Shown in pieces: positions 38,063 through 52,084 of a stretch of DNA of 64,000 bases; the first letter of the stretch is position 1, and every line of letters starts with the position of its first letter. The notes beneath the pieces are model-generated. The model had not been told where the DNA came from, did no database searches, and saw only the letters and a program-made list of their open reading frames with translations. The stretch comes from Sphyrna mokarran. Its lineage: Eukaryota. The DNA lies in the NCBI GenBank assembly GCA_024679065.1, contig JAGIQG010000001.1:149048001-149112000 (forward strand), read 5' to 3'. A program made the translations under genes and the position numbers.

Positions 38063-41000
38063 CAGTAGAGTTGTTGACTAACTTTAACACCTGGATTAAA
38101 AAGGGGAACAAAAGTCAAGTCTTCTGTTTCTGTTTGCTGTCCTGTGAGTCTTTTATTTATACGTGGGCATGGGATGATGACAGGACTGAGTTTATTTGTG
38201 ATGACCCCATTATGAAATGTCCTGACAATCACTGTACAAGTTTTCATGGGAACAGCAACCATCTCAGTATTCCTGAACCCCCAACAAGAGTTGACAGTTT
38301 AAGGAAGGTACTGGGAGAATTTTTTTAAATATTACAGGTAATACTTATGCTCAGAGTCTCGGGGTAAGTTAAATTGATGGCAAATGATACAAGCTTAATT
38401 ATAAAACTTCCTTTAAAATTCTATCTGTGTTAAAAAGATACAGTTCAGCATTTCAAATCAGGTTTGTGAAGAACAATTTGCAAAATAGATATGATTTTTT
38501 TTACAGCAAGTCAGTAAGATTTGATTTCTCTCAGGACAGTTTGGTTTTTACTTAGCCCCTGATCAACATGCGTATGCAGATCTGAACAATGGCCACTACA
38601 TCATTCAGAAACATGCAGCCAAGACAAATCATTTCCAATCAATCTTTTTCTTCCATCACTGTGTAAGCTTGATAGCGAAAAGGTTTGGTTCTTGTTTCCT
38701 GTTAATCAAGCACATATCAAAAATATAAATTCAACATAATACAACTTTTCAGCTGAAATGACATTGTATCCCTTTCACTCTGTTCACAATTGTATTTTAT
38801 GTGCATCTGAATCCATTGTGTGTTGTCGAGATGTTTTCTTTGGTAAGATTCCCACATGAACAAACTCCATATGAAAAACTGGCTGAAATCAATGCCATAT
38901 AATGATGCATTGTACTGAATGCTGGTGGTTATTATTGACATGCAAGGTGGCAAACACATAAAGCTTTTGAAATCAGGGTTCCTTTTAACTCTTCGTTGAC
39001 TAGAATGGTGGCATGGGGTGAAAGATTCAAAGGTATGAAAAATAAGCCAGTTTTTAAAAACTGCAAGTGTATCTGTGGTGAAGAATTTATTTGATTTAAA
39101 AGAGTAAGGGTCAATTCTTAATATAGTTAACAAATTAAAATGCTGAGTGGTATTCAGTTCCTCAATTCTGCCATATAATATTCAACTATATAAACTTACT
39201 GAATATCATTTTTACAGATGTTCTGTGATCAGAACCACATGCACATTTTTAAAATGGCAAGCAAAATGTAGAGCTCAAGGATTTAAAACTAGTGAGAGAG
39301 AAGAATTGCCTGGGAGAAACCAATTTATGCTAATAAGACCTTGACTAAACTAATAAAAGTGGTTGATAATCTAAGAACATACTTGCAGCTTATAGTTTGT
39401 CTGGAATGTTTTTGTTGGAACTGGCTATTAAAATGACTTTTGTCCATATTAAGGTTTCTGTCAGAGATGTACTCTGAGTCCACAGAACATGGGCAGTCAG
39501 AGGCAATTTAACAGGACAGTTATATATTTAAAAGTTCACCTAATATTTGCAAAGCAAGACAGTCAAGTTCAGTGACTATTATGGCCTGAAATTGAACATT
39601 CCAAAAATTGTTCAGCTTTAAATTAACATTTTATGATGTAATTTTGTGTACATAACAGTGATTACTGGTGACTTCATTGAAGAATATGCTTGGAAGGATT
39701 ATGTGGCTTATGGTTCATTGCATTGAGCTGGTTTAAGAAGTGATTCTATTTGTTCATTTCCTGCTGTTAAAGTCGCCTCACTGGGATAGTGTTAACAATG
39801 CTGGACGAGGTAGCAACAACTTACTCCAGCTGCCAACCTGAGTGGCTAATTCATTCCACCAATTATGATTTGACAAGTTACAGAAGCAATATGGATAGAA
39901 TAATGAAAAAACTTAAACATTTGTCTATCAGGGCATCCCAGTAGTTGATTGAATCCTTTTGTAATTTACCTCCTCTCTTAGAAACGTGTTTGTGTAGCAG
40001 CTCTGTCAGAAGTTTAGGATCTTTGAAGTTGTACACACGTCAATATTTATTATGTGTGTAAAAAAATTTGTTTCGACTCAGGTTTGTGACATTGAATTAT
40101 AAATTTCTTTCTCCACTGATTAATGTTTGTCAGGTCACTGCCCGTTTTGGAGCCAAATGAGCCCTTTGTAGAATTATTCATGCAATCAGAATACTCAGAA
40201 CCCTGCCTGGCCATGGAACTAACCTTCCACACCCCAAACACAGTCCCTGATTTCCGATCAGATGTGGACAGCCAAAAGATTTTATTTATCCCAGAATCCT
40301 TGATGAGGTTCATAAAATTAGTTGGCTGCAGAATGCTGGGCCAGTTTAATTATGTTCACCTGACCACTCAGCGAAATTTGGAAGTGTTTGTTGATGAATA
40401 AGCTAGAAAGAAGTTTGCCTATTTGATCAAAGTATGAAGAATGTTTCATTTGGTAGTGGATAGCTTTGATCCACTAACAGCTGAGGGTAGTTTGCAAAAC
40501 TGAAACATAATTTCAAATCTCAAATTGAATTGGAAATTTTAGAAATTATTTCTGTACTGCTGTTGCAAAATGCTCTTTGTTATTTTGTTTAATTTACGAG
40601 ATAGTTACATGTTGTCTGGGAGTAATTGGCTACTTTGCAGTAGACTCCACTGGTTGGAAATAAAATATTTTATAATCCCAAGAAATCGTAAGGCGCATTT
40701 ATCTGTTGAAGTCAGTAGATAAATGGGCACAATCCTGTAGGGGATGACGAATGCTTCTGCCACAACTGTTCTCCTTGTAATGTGACATCCTGCAAATCAT
40801 CTTTGATGCCTGGGTATTGCTTTCTGTCACATTGTTTGAAATGTATTTAAAATTTTCTGTCAATTTGTATCTCTTTTTCTTTATCTCTCTAGATATTTAA
40901 ATTTCATGAATCTTTGTAACTATTCAATTTTATGTTACCCAGTCAGCTCCCTTACCAGAGAGAATCCCTCTATCCTTTGCAAAGAGGAAACTAATAGAAA

Positions 41001-41936
41001 CATCAGACTCATTGAGTGCTCTGCGTCCTCCCATTGGCACCCACATCTGTGAACAGGCAAGACAAACCTTGCATTGACAGATGTTTTGTGTGGCAGAGCC
41101 TCTTTTTCCCAATGGACGATGAAACAGATGACCTGATAGCACACCTAATATATTTGAATATCTGGCTAACCATGATGTTGGATATTTTCTGAGAGCATCC
41201 CTGTCATAGTGCATCAAGCTCACAGTGGAACCACATGCAAAGTAGGTATATCAAGGAGGGCAAGCACCAGCACAATCTTGTTTGCACTCAGCAAGACTGT
41301 GTCAAACATTATGCAGGCAATGCTTCACTTGGCAACACACATGCTACCCTATGTTCTTTCTAAATACTTAGAAAATCTTATTCTTACTGTGTTGTTCCTT
41401 TAATTGTATCCAACTCTTTAAATGAATACTTCAACGCAATGTTCTCTTTCCACCAGTTTGTCCTGCTGCACACAACCAAAACTGCACTTGGAGAACTACA
41501 TAATTGTGATAATAAGCTGACATTGAAAATTAGTTGCAAATACCAGTGACAAGTTTGCCATCACGCTTGCTGGTTGGTTCAAAGTTAAAATGTAGCATGT
41601 TAGAAGTGAAGTGCGAAATATTAACAAAACCTCCAAGGAGCTAAGGACTTCGAAAATGACCAGTGCTCAATGGTCAGAAAATATGCCTGTTATAAAACGA
41701 TGGCACAGCTGATTATTCAGAACACTCTGAAAACCTGTTTTATTTTTCCCCCCAGTACCTGGAAATTGCTAATATCCAAAGTATCTCAACAGATATGCCA
41801 CGGGTATATTAACCTTTAGCCCTCTCTGCTCCAGTTAAAAAAAGATTTTTTTACTACAGCAGTTGATAGTTCAAGTCTGGAAATTTCCCAACTCAGCAGA
41901 TCTGTTTCTGTTTAAAGGGTGGAGTCAGCTTTGCTG

Positions 41937-42236
41937 TCCAAAAGTTCTTGTATCATTGTAAGCTAAAGAGTGAAATTTAATCAGTAGAATCCTTTTTATT
42001 TTCTGTATTAAACTTTTTTTTAATTTTTGGCGTTATTCATGTCAGAATAAGGCTAAATCATACAAGATCTCAATGAATCTAAATTGTAGAAAAAGATGGA
42101 TTTTTAAATTAATATTTAACTAATTATGATCAATGTAGATTGCTTTCTTAAATATCAACTTGTCTAACGTGGTGGGTGTGCCATTTGCTTAGTTTATAAT
42201 CTGCAAGTACTGGAGTTAACAAAATCTACAATGAGA
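41937..42236 (+). repeat. 300-bp direct repeat, copy 1
   Basis: tccaaaagttcttgtatc ... aaaatctacaatgaga. About 8 differences from copy 2 by manual alignment. Confidence 0.95.
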
Positions 42237-43411
42237 CCCCAGAAGTAGATCCTGGTGGCCACATGGAAATTGACTTTCTCAATCACAATAAATCAGTTTC
42301 TCTGTTATTACATCGAATACATGGAAAAATATCCCTCATATTAAGATTTGCTAAAAGTAGTCTTCTAGACTACATAATTCATCATATATCTTCTTTCTTG
42401 ATCCTCTGGTTCTGTCTTTTGATGCCAGTGCTTAAGGAGATTTGACTGTTTATTCTGTGTTCACCAAATTCCCAGGTAACCCATTGATTTCACTGTGTGT
42501 GGCATTAAAAATCAAAATTGATCCAACTAATGGGAATGTGCTGTGAGATGCTCCATTCCAGAAAATTCTTTGCCAATGTCTGTAGCTTACCAGGTGAATA
42601 ATAGCTTCCGGATGGTACAATGAAATACCTCTGTCCTTACAAAAAACTGCATTTGTTGGAGCTTTTACAACACATGGAGGTACCTCAGCACCTGCTTCAT
42701 TTCAGTCTCACAGTTGGGTTAAGCTCTCTAATTCATCGCACTTTGCTATTGACAATTGAAGTTTAATTTATCACACACCATTTTTATAGATGATTTTAAA
42801 ATTCTGTGGAAGGCATGCATGGATGTCTTGAAAATTGCTCAATCTCCTAGAATTTGATTCACAATAAGTGGCTTGATCCCTGAGTTCACTTGTAATATAT
42901 AGCATGCTGAATCTGTATTTTTCTATGTATTTTTGGGAATACAACAGAACTCAGTCCATGGAAATTGAAATGCAGACTTATGGTGCTTGATTTTTAGCCC
43001 CCACTGAGGCTAGGAGCAGGTACTCTGGTCATCAGTGTCAAAAGAAAAATAACATCAAGTGACTCTTTTTTCACGTCGTGCAGTCTTCTGAGCTCTATTT
43101 GAGTTGGACTGAGGCAAGAGGAGATCAGAATCCTGCAGAGAAATTTGCGCCTATGGTCAATCCTAGAGCTCTATCATTCCTATGTTGGCTATGGATATTG
43201 ACTCCATATAAAATCATCAAACCATTCAGAATGATAACTGAATTACAAATACTTTACAAATACTAAAGATGTTAAGGTGAATGACACATCAGCAATGTAC
43301 AATGTACATCATGCAAAATTTGAGATTGGTACAGATGACTGAATTATCACAAACATAATTAAGAAACTGTAAATCATTCTTATCAGAACACATTCTAAGA
43401 GTTCATATATT

Positions 43412-44350
43412 TGATTTAGATTTGATTTATTATTGTTATTACCATACAGTGAAAAATATTGTTTCTTGCATGCTATACAGACAAAGCATACCATTCATAG
43501 AGAAGGAAACAAGAGCTACAGAATATAGTGTTACTGTCATAACTAAGGTGCAGAGAAAGATCACGTTGATGCAAGATAAGTCCATTAAAAGTCTGATGGC
43601 AGCAAGGAATAAGCTGTTCTTGAGTCGGTTGGTGGGTAACTTCAGACTTTTGTATTCTTTTCCCAATGAAAGAAGGCAGAAGAGGGAATGTCTGGGACAA
43701 GGTCCTTAGTTATGCTGGCTGCCTTGCCTAGACAGAGTTAATAGATGGGAAGTTGGTTCGCATGATAGATTGGGCTACATTCACAACCTTTTGCAATTTC
43801 TTGCTGTCTTGGGCAGAGCCATACTAAGCTGTGATGTAATCGGATAGAATGCTTTCCATGGTGCACCTGTAAAAGTTGGTGAGAGTTGTAGCTGACATGC
43901 CAAATTTTCTTAGCCTTCTGAGAAAGTAGGGGCATTGATGAGGTTTGTTAACTATAGTTTTGGCCTGGGGGACTAGGACATATTGTTTGAAGCTCTCGAC
44001 CTTTTGTACTTCATCCCCATTGATGTAGATAAGGGCATGTTCTCCTTTACTCTTACTCTTCCTGAAGTCGATGACAATCTCTTTTATTTTGTTGACGTTG
44101 AGGGAGAGATTATTGTTGCCGCACTAGTTCACCAGATTCTCTATCTCATTCCTGCACTGTCTCGTCATTATTTGAGATCCGACTCACTATGGTGGTGGCA
44201 TCAGCAAACTTGAAAATCAAAGGGAATCTGGGAGGGGAATTTGGCCATGTAGTCATGGGAGTATGCTAGGGGGCTGAGAACACAGCCTTATGGAGTACTG
44301 ATGTTGAGGAAGATCGTGGAGGAGGTGTTGTTACTGATTCTTACTGACAT
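43412..44350 (-). mobile_element. 5'-truncated Rex1/Babar-type LINE, decayed
   Basis: The - strand gives TLTNFYRCTMESILSDYITA*YG (~43885-43820) and TNRLKNSLFLAAIRLL (ORF 43439-43666). SLNVNKIKEIVIDFRK occurs near 44105-44060. The tail is tttcactgta...aataaatcaaatctaaatc. Confidence 0.85.
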
Positions 44351-44444
44351 GTAGAATTATATAAAATGATTGTATAGAATCTAAACCAGTGCAATGAAGA
44401 TCAGAATGCCAGATATAAAACACAGGATGGCTGCCAGTCGACAT

Positions 44445-44744
44445 TCCAAAAGTTCTTGTATCATTGTAAGCTAAAGAGAGAAATTTAATCAGTAGAATCC
44501 TTTTTATTTTCTATATTAAACTTTTTTTAAATTTTTGGCGTTATTCATGTCAGAATAGGGCTAAATCATACAAGATCTCAATGAATCTAAATTGTAGAAA
44601 AAGATAGATTTTAAATTAATATTTAACTAATCATGATCAATGTAGATTGCTTTCTTAAATATCAACTTGTCTAACGTGGTGGGTGTGCCATTTGCTTAGT
44701 TTATAATCTGCAAGTACTGGAGTTAACAAAATCTACAAATGAGA
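44445..44744 (+). repeat. 300-bp direct repeat, copy 2
   Basis: tccaaaagttcttgtatc ... aaaatctacaaatgaga. About 97% identical to 41937-42236. Confidence 0.95.
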
Positions 44745-46604
44745 GAAAGTATCAAATTGTACACAGCTGGTATTTGTACATGAGTAAAAAGACTGAGATT
44801 TGACTCATGTTTGTAACTTATCATGCTGGTCAACTGTGAGGAAATGAAAATCACTAGGAAATTTCTATACTTATGGTAGAAAAATAAACATCAGTGCAAT
44901 TGTTACACAGGTCATCATCCACTCTGATTTGTATGAGCTGAGTAACAAATCTGAGATTTTGGTCAAACTTTTCCTGGCACTGTTACAATGTTGTAGTACA
45001 CACTGCCACTGTTTTTTGTGTACTGTAACGCTTCCAACAGAAACAGAACCCATTACAGATGAAAACCTCTTTTTGGCTGTTACAATATAACTTTAGTTAT
45101 AAAGGAGAAACTAGCAGAAAGATGAGCATCTTCTAGTAAAATTTAAGAGTTAATTTTCTGGGAGAGGTTTTTTTTTGGAGTTTGTCTATTGATAGTCAGA
45201 ACTTCTGCCTAGCCCATGACAAAAGAAAAGAATAATGTGCATTTATATCATATCTTGCACTTTCTGAACTGCTTTAGAGTCCATGTACACAGATGCACTT
45301 GACCCCTGCCTCAGATACTGGGTGAAAAGACTTTTGCTTGTCGCAAGCAAATGCTCACTCATTATTTTCCAACACAAATTGAAAGAAAAACATTTTTTTG
45401 ATGGATATATATTTTCTGTTCTTGTTTGATTATCATTTACAACGGTCATAGTTTACTGAATTCAGTGTATAGGTCACAATAATCAAACCCTTACAGCTTT
45501 CTGAAAACCGTCAATCATTCTGTAGTCAATTGCTTCCATTTACTTCCATTTACACTTCCATTTACACTTCTAAAATCCCCCCTTCAAAAGTCTTTAGCAT
45601 GGTAGGACATCAAGAATCACAGGTATACCCTGTATCCAGTTGGGAGTTGAAGGCAAGGGCAGAAGGATTGCTTTCCGAAGCATCCATTTTTCCAGATGCT
45701 GGATCCCTCAATCAAGCTTTCCTGGGAATGAAAGGGAATGGGGAAACTTGTTGCATATTAAATATGCTACTTTACTGATTTTTTTTTTATGGTCAGCCAT
45801 GTGAAAAATTTAATAAACATGTTTGACCACCCAATCTATGGAGAAATCCACAAAAGTAGAATTCCTGCATGTCTTAAAAAGAGGTGCACAGCATCCCTTC
45901 AGGAACACAACCCCCTTAACTAAATCCAGACATCAAATGTGTAGATTGGCTTCAGCAAAAGGTTAGCACCATCTAGGCTGGACTCCAATTAACTAAAAGC
46001 ATAGATCTTAACAGCATAGAACACTGATCATTTTTCAGATGCTTATGCAGCTATAGACAACTTACATATTAAGGCTTAAACTTATCTGAACAGATCAGGA
46101 AGATTCAGGAACCTCTCCAGTTTAATCCGAGGTTTTATTATTGAGCCAGCCTGAATGTTTATTTTGATGATTTACGCTGCTGCATTTCCCTGATGTACAG
46201 CTGTTCAGGTTTTGGATTGCAGGGACTAGTGGGGATAGCTGACTCAGCTCCAATTCTCTTATCACCTGATATATTATTTTGTTTATTCAATGATTAATAC
46301 AGCATCAACCCCTTTTTAAGTGAACAGCAATTGTTAGGAACACCCCACAGGCAGAACTCAGCATCCCACAAGTCAACACAAAATGTACATCATCCGTTTA
46401 GCCCACAGCATGGCCCCATTGACCAGTGATTCCATAAATTGAAAATTGTGGAGCTTCAGCAGTGGCTGGTTGTCTCCCTGAGTAATAGTCATTACCAAAA
46501 CTTAATATGTAAATTCATGCTCCCATATCCAAATATTGCCTCTGAAGCATCTCAAGTCGCAGAATTTCTTCTTTAACTTTATATAGATCTTTCCCTTCTG
46601 TTCA

Positions 46605-46798
46605 CGCTGCCAGGGATGGTGGTGCAGGCAGAAGCAATAGGGGCTTTTAATGGGCTTTTAAATAAGTGCATGAATATACAAGGAATAGAGGGATTTGGAT
46701 CAAGGGCAGACAGAAGTGATTACTTTAATTTTGGTGTCATGTTTGGTACAACATCTTGAGCCAAAAGGCCTGCTCCTGTTCTGTACTGTTCTGTGTTT
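46605..46798 (+). mobile_element. CR1 3'-end fragment
   Basis: ctgccagggatggtggtgcaggcagaa (LPGMVVQAE) ... gccaaaaggcctgctcctgttctgtactgttctgtg. Confidence 0.7.
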
Positions 46799-47803
46799 GA
46801 ATCAATGCACAATAGCTTGTGATCTGCCAGCCACTTGCATGTCCTGTACATTCAGTCCAATCCTGCACACCATTGCTTGACATAGATCTTCACAGGAGGG
46901 AGATCGAAAAATCTATCCAGCGTAAAGCTAACTCCCTCTCGAGGATGCTTAGTAACAGGTCAGTGGAGACCAAGGCTGTTTCTCTTTCTAACTAACTTCC
47001 CTCTTCCAGAATATCAGAAGAATTTTCTGCTGAACAACTTGAGAGTATCCGTCCCCATCAAGAATTACAAGGGGAGGGACCATTTTTCAATTAATTTCAA
47101 AATCTGGATTCTTAAAATCAATAATGTTTCATTTCAGTGATGCAGTTAGGAGACAATTAAAACTCAGAAGATGGTATAAAATATAAGATCAAAACTCAAA
47201 TAGTCAATCTAAACCACAAGAATGTCAACCTTAAACACACTTTTAGCCCTAATATTTCTGATTCAGTGCAGAATCTGGTCTCACAGTATTCTGTGAAGCT
47301 ATGACTCATAGCATTTCTGTTAACTGGATCCCACCACAAAGACCAGTTTGACTCTCAGTCTGGCCAGAAGTGCTTTAGGGTTGGCCAGGAGCAATTAGGA
47401 AATTTGTGGCTGCTAGTGGGAGTATCAGTCCACCCATTCTTGATGAATTACTCCCTTGCTTTTATTATCAGGGCTGCATTCTTTTGCCAAAACCACCTTT
47501 TACTCAGGGATCATCCTGCAGAGCATAAGTAATCTATGATTTACTTTTTCCAGTCTCAATCGTTTCCTTAAACCGCTTTATCCCACCTTTATTCCAGCAG
47601 TAGGTACAGCAAACTCATGAGTTTTTTTTATCCTCCTCTGCTTTCATATTCCCATTCAGTAATAAAGATTAATCTTCCTCACACTTCCCCATGCCCTAGC
47701 CCTGAACCCACATTAACTACCCCCTGCATGATCTCTGTAAGCTCACATTGTCTTTGACACCATCTCATGCTCCCTTGACCCTATTCCTAGTGAAATATTC
47801 CAA

Positions 47804-48116
47804 GGTGGCATGGTGGCACCATGATTAGCACTGCTGCCTTGCAGCACCTAGGATCCAGGTTCGATTCCCAGCTTGGGTCATGCTCTTGTGTGGAGTTTGC
47901 ATTTTCTCCTCATATCTGTGTGGGTTTCCTCTTGGTGCTCCAGTTTCCTCCCACAATCCAAAGAATTGCGAGTTAGATTGATTACCTATGGTAAATTGCA
48001 CCTAAGAGTCAGGGGGATTAGCAGCGTAAGTATATGGGACTACAGAGGAAGGGGCTAGGTAGGATTGTGTTTGGTGCGGACTGAATGGCCTCCTTCTGCA
48101 CCGTAAGGATTCTATA
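47804..48116 (+). mobile_element. Near full-length HE1 SINE with CR1-type tail, inserted in an L2-like remnant
   Basis: tRNA head with ggttcgattcc, V-domain, and tail gaatggcctccttctgcaccgtaaggattcta. The upstream flank tcatgctcccttgaccctattcct reads SCSLDPIP, an L2 ORF2 motif. Confidence 0.85.
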
Positions 48117-49149
48117 AATGCTGACCATTCTTAGGTATTGACTTCCCTCTTCTTAGGTACTATCCCAAGATATGACATGTAGATGAGAAATAACATTTTC
48201 TAGTAATATATTAAAAATAGGACATCTTCAAGAGCAGATATTTTCACAGGTGCTTAGAGGTAGGAGGAATGAAAAACAAACTAGAAAAAAACATCTGGTT
48301 TGCTGGTATATTTCCACTTCTGGCAGCTTTTCCCAAGAATGAGTTGTTGGAAAAGTTGAAAATCGTCACAATTGAGGTGAGATGGCAATTCAAATTATTT
48401 AAGAGAGATTTTCCCAGTGGAAATTCTCTTTCCCTACAGGAGAGCAATCTACACCATGAGACTCCCAACAATCTGGCTTTTTCATGCTAGTTTGCTGCAG
48501 TCACACCAGAAAACGAAGAATGTGCACAATTAGTTTCTTAACAGTCAACACTTTACAAAGGCAGTGTGCTGAAAGTAGCCAGACTTGATAACAAAACAGT
48601 AGTTCTCTCCGCACTCAATACCCACCACTCCAATCTCAGCATCTGAGATGGATAAACCTTCCTGCTGTCCAGCCAAATCAAGTTCCTCTATCTTGGCAGG
48701 AGTCAGTAAAAGTGTGTTTAGCATTCCTCCATTAGTCTTCACTTTGTATGTTTCTAGTGGGTCTTTTTATTCATCAAATATAGGGAAAAGGGAGTTAGGC
48801 TCTAAATGCTGATGAGAAGAACCACTTACTACCTGACTACCACTTTGTCCCATGATGGGTTATAATGTCCACATGTTCTTCCCAAGATTGCACTCTCAAG
48901 AGAGGTGTATGACCTGTGACTCACATGCATTCACTATTCCTGAAGTTAGTGTGTGGGGCACAGTTTACATTTCTGACTGTAACCTTTACTCTCACTCTGT
49001 GGGTGCAGGATGGATATATCAGCTTTGAGGTGTCCTATTCTTCAATTGTCACTAATTGGAAGCTGGAGTCTTCTGTTTTGTGCAGATCCTCTCCTTGACT
49101 CTTTCACTTATAGGGAGACATTCCAAGAGTCTTGGAAATCCAAAAGCAG

Positions 49150-49395
49150 GACTAGCTGCTTTTAAAAGTGCCAGCTCCTTTAGTAAGATAATCAAATATG
49201 ACATTCCCACACTGAATCCTGTATCGGTCTTGCCACTCTAGATCTGCTCTGGATTTCTGTCAACTTCAGTTCCGTTGGCAGAATCCTCAATGCAACAACT
49301 AAATTCTGCCTAATAGCTTTCGCCCTTTCTGTAATTAGTTGGGAAAATTTTCTATTCATTCCGTGTTGAATATCAGACAAACAGTTTGACAATTT
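49150..49395 (-). mobile_element. L2-clade RT remnant
   Basis: ORF 49192-49392 starts LSNCLSDIQHGMNRKFSQLITERAKAI, resembling LxxCLxDIxxWMxxNFLQLNxxKTEAI. Confidence 0.55.
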
Positions 49396-50984
49396 ATGAA
49401 CAAGTAATGAACCTGTAAGAATGAGTTATAAGTTAAATACAATACGTTCAGACTTGCTACATTATGCAAAATTGTCATGAACCAATTTAATCATAATTCA
49501 CAGCAGGGAGTTAGAAAGATTTTCTCAAGATATTAGCAGTAACTTAGTGTGTCTGGAACTGACTTCCTCTTAGATTAACTCTTTCATGATGTGCTCAAGT
49601 GAGAATGTTTCTTCAGGTCGAAGAGATACAAATACCACTTAATGTCATCAGGCAGCAATGTGAGTACTCAAGTAAAAGCTTGCTAGACAGTTTAAAATAT
49701 AACAGCTTCAATTAATTATTTCAGAGAGGACTAGACTAGTTGGCCAACTCTGGTTGCATAGTGGCCACAAGTTCTTTTTATTTGCTGAGATTATGTTGCT
49801 ATGGTACTGAAGTGAAAACTACGGTGTAGTTAACCATCATTTCTTATGATCGAGGGGCATGAAACCAGACATAGTTTATAATCACTCCAACACGTAAAGA
49901 TATTCATGCAAGATTCTGTTTATAATCTGAGAAAAAGAACAGATTTACTTCCAAACACATCTGTTATAAATATTGTTCAAAGTTAATTGGAACCATACAC
50001 CAATGGTTTTAACTGAACTTTTAAGTAGTCCCCATAATGTAGCACATTAGGGGAAAAAAGTTAATTTAAACATTGTGTTTTTAAATTCTTCATATAAAAT
50101 CACTAATGCTGTGCAAAATGTATGGTTTTTAAGGGACTGCCTGCACCCCGGCGAGTTGACAATTCATATGTCGAAAAAATGCTAGTCAGCACGATTTTGC
50201 TTTTGATAATTTATGGCATTATCTCCCAGGGAGATTGATTAGGTCTGGAATTGCCAAAATTAGTCCAATACAGCGTATGTGCTGCCAACATTTGTGTGTG
50301 TGTGTCATTTTTATGGTGCTGTATAATGTTGTTGTTTAAAACAGACAGAGCATTCAGGAGTTGCACAGTCTTTCCAAAAATGGAATGTGGGAATATAGTA
50401 AATAAGATAATTATGATTAGCTTCAGTAATGGGCATTCATGGTAATTTAAAGTTTTCATATATACCCAGCAATGAGAATGAGGTCACTACACGTAGTCAA
50501 CTTTGTGGGGATTCATTCATTGCCAAATGTAATTTTAAGATTTTTGTTGGCCAGTTTCATTTGACCTTGTGAAGCCTGTCCCTCTGTGCATATGCACACA
50601 TATGCTGTTGTACCCATAATTGAATCTGATGACAGCCATAATCACTCTCCAACATGTATGAGATTTGGTACTATGTTGGATAAGTGCAAAAATGAAGTTG
50701 AGTTAGAATTTCTGTTTATCCTAATTTGATAAACATTCAAATTAAAATTATTATGACACATTGTATGTTCTACCAGAAGGAACGGCCAATTATAACATAA
50801 TTTCTTTAGTTCCAGATTGGGATAATTTGACGCCATCATTTTAGAATCAGTAATGAACCAATTATGACACATTGCTGGCTTAGAAAACACAAAAGTCTAA
50901 ATAATATCAATTGGCAATGGATCAACTTCTTTTCATTTTTAACATTTCTGTTGATGGACAATCTGCTGGAATAAGTTTCATCAG

Positions 50985-52070
50985 ATATGTTCAAAAAGCA
51001 AAAGAGGGATAAATGTGACAACTATGGGCCTGTTAATTTAACACTGGTGGTAGAACAATATTTAGAGATATTAAATTAGTACAAAATTGATTGACCTATA
51101 ATAAATAAAAGTCAGTCTTGATTTGTTAAAGTTGCCCTACTTGATTAAGATTTTTGATAAATTAATGAAGACGGTTGATGAGGGTGCTGTGGTTTATATT
51201 GTGCATTAGACTTTCAAAACGTGTTTGATGAAGCACAGCATAACAGACTTGCTAATATAATTGAAGTCCTTGGAACTAAAAGGGCAGTGGCTGCATGGAT
51301 ATCAAATTGGTTAAGGGTCAGAAAGCAGGGAGTAATGTTGGATGACTTTTCAATCTATTTACCACCCTGGGGGTTGGCGTTTGACCACTTGTTATATATT
51401 GAATTTGAGTGCATAGGGCAGTATTTTAAAGTTCACAGATGACACAAAAGTTAAAAATCTAATGAAGAGAGTAAGTCAAATGATAACACGACTTCAGGAG
51501 ATATAGCCTGGTGAAATGGGCTGACACTTGGCAGATTAAATTTATGGTTGACAGATGTAAAGTGATTTATTTTGATACTAAGAATGAGAAAATGGTACCA
51601 TTGTAAAATGGGGTGGGGAGCAATGCAAGAACATGAGAGAATTGGGTGTACATTGACAAAATTTTGAAGGTGGTAAGGCACATTGAGAAAGCTATTTAAA
51701 AGGCAAATGGGATCCTTGGCTTTTTCAATAGCAGTATAGAAAATAGAAGCAAGGCAGTTATCCAAAACCTTTATAAAATATTGGTTAGATATCAAATGGA
51801 GTATTGTGGGGAATTCTGAGCACCTCACTTTAAGAAGGAATACAAAGCCTCAGAAAGGATGGAGAGAAGATTTATTGTATTGAAAGACTTATGCGGAGAG
51901 ACTCGTGAAGCTGGTTGGTTCTCAATTCAGTAGAGGAGATCAAAAGAGAAGTTTCTTAGAGGTGTTAAAATCATAAGGATGGAGCAAATAAGGAGAAACA
52001 TTTCCCAGCGGGAGAAGATTAGGTTAATTTGCAAAACCTCAGAGATGGTTTAAGGCAATTTTTTTTAGCG
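50985..52070 (+). mobile_element. Old decayed CR1 LINE RT region
   Basis: NYGPVNLT at ~51020, LDFQNVFDEAQHNRL at ~51207, WISNWLRVRKQGV, KFTDDTK at ~51429, LYKILVRYQMEYC at ~51769. Many indels. Confidence 0.8.
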
Positions 52071-52084
52071 CTGTATGAAGACGT

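Noticed and set aside
40050-40401. Overlapping 87-aa and 92-aa ORFs on opposite strands
   Set aside because: No recognisable domain or convincing splice signals. The lengths are compatible with chance.
41735-41790. Strong acceptor-like ttttatttttccccccag suggesting a micro-exon
   Set aside because: There is no good downstream donor, and the flanking FAT4 exons already join in frame with complete cadherin motifs.
41937-44744. LTR retrotransposon interpretation of the direct repeats
   Set aside because: No TG...CA termini, PBS, clear PPT or TSD, and no gag/pol. The interior contains an unrelated, older non-LTR fragment.
45533-45570. Short tandem repeat (cttccatttaca-like, ~3 copies)
   Set aside because: Ordinary slippage repeat with no spacers, so not CRISPR-like.
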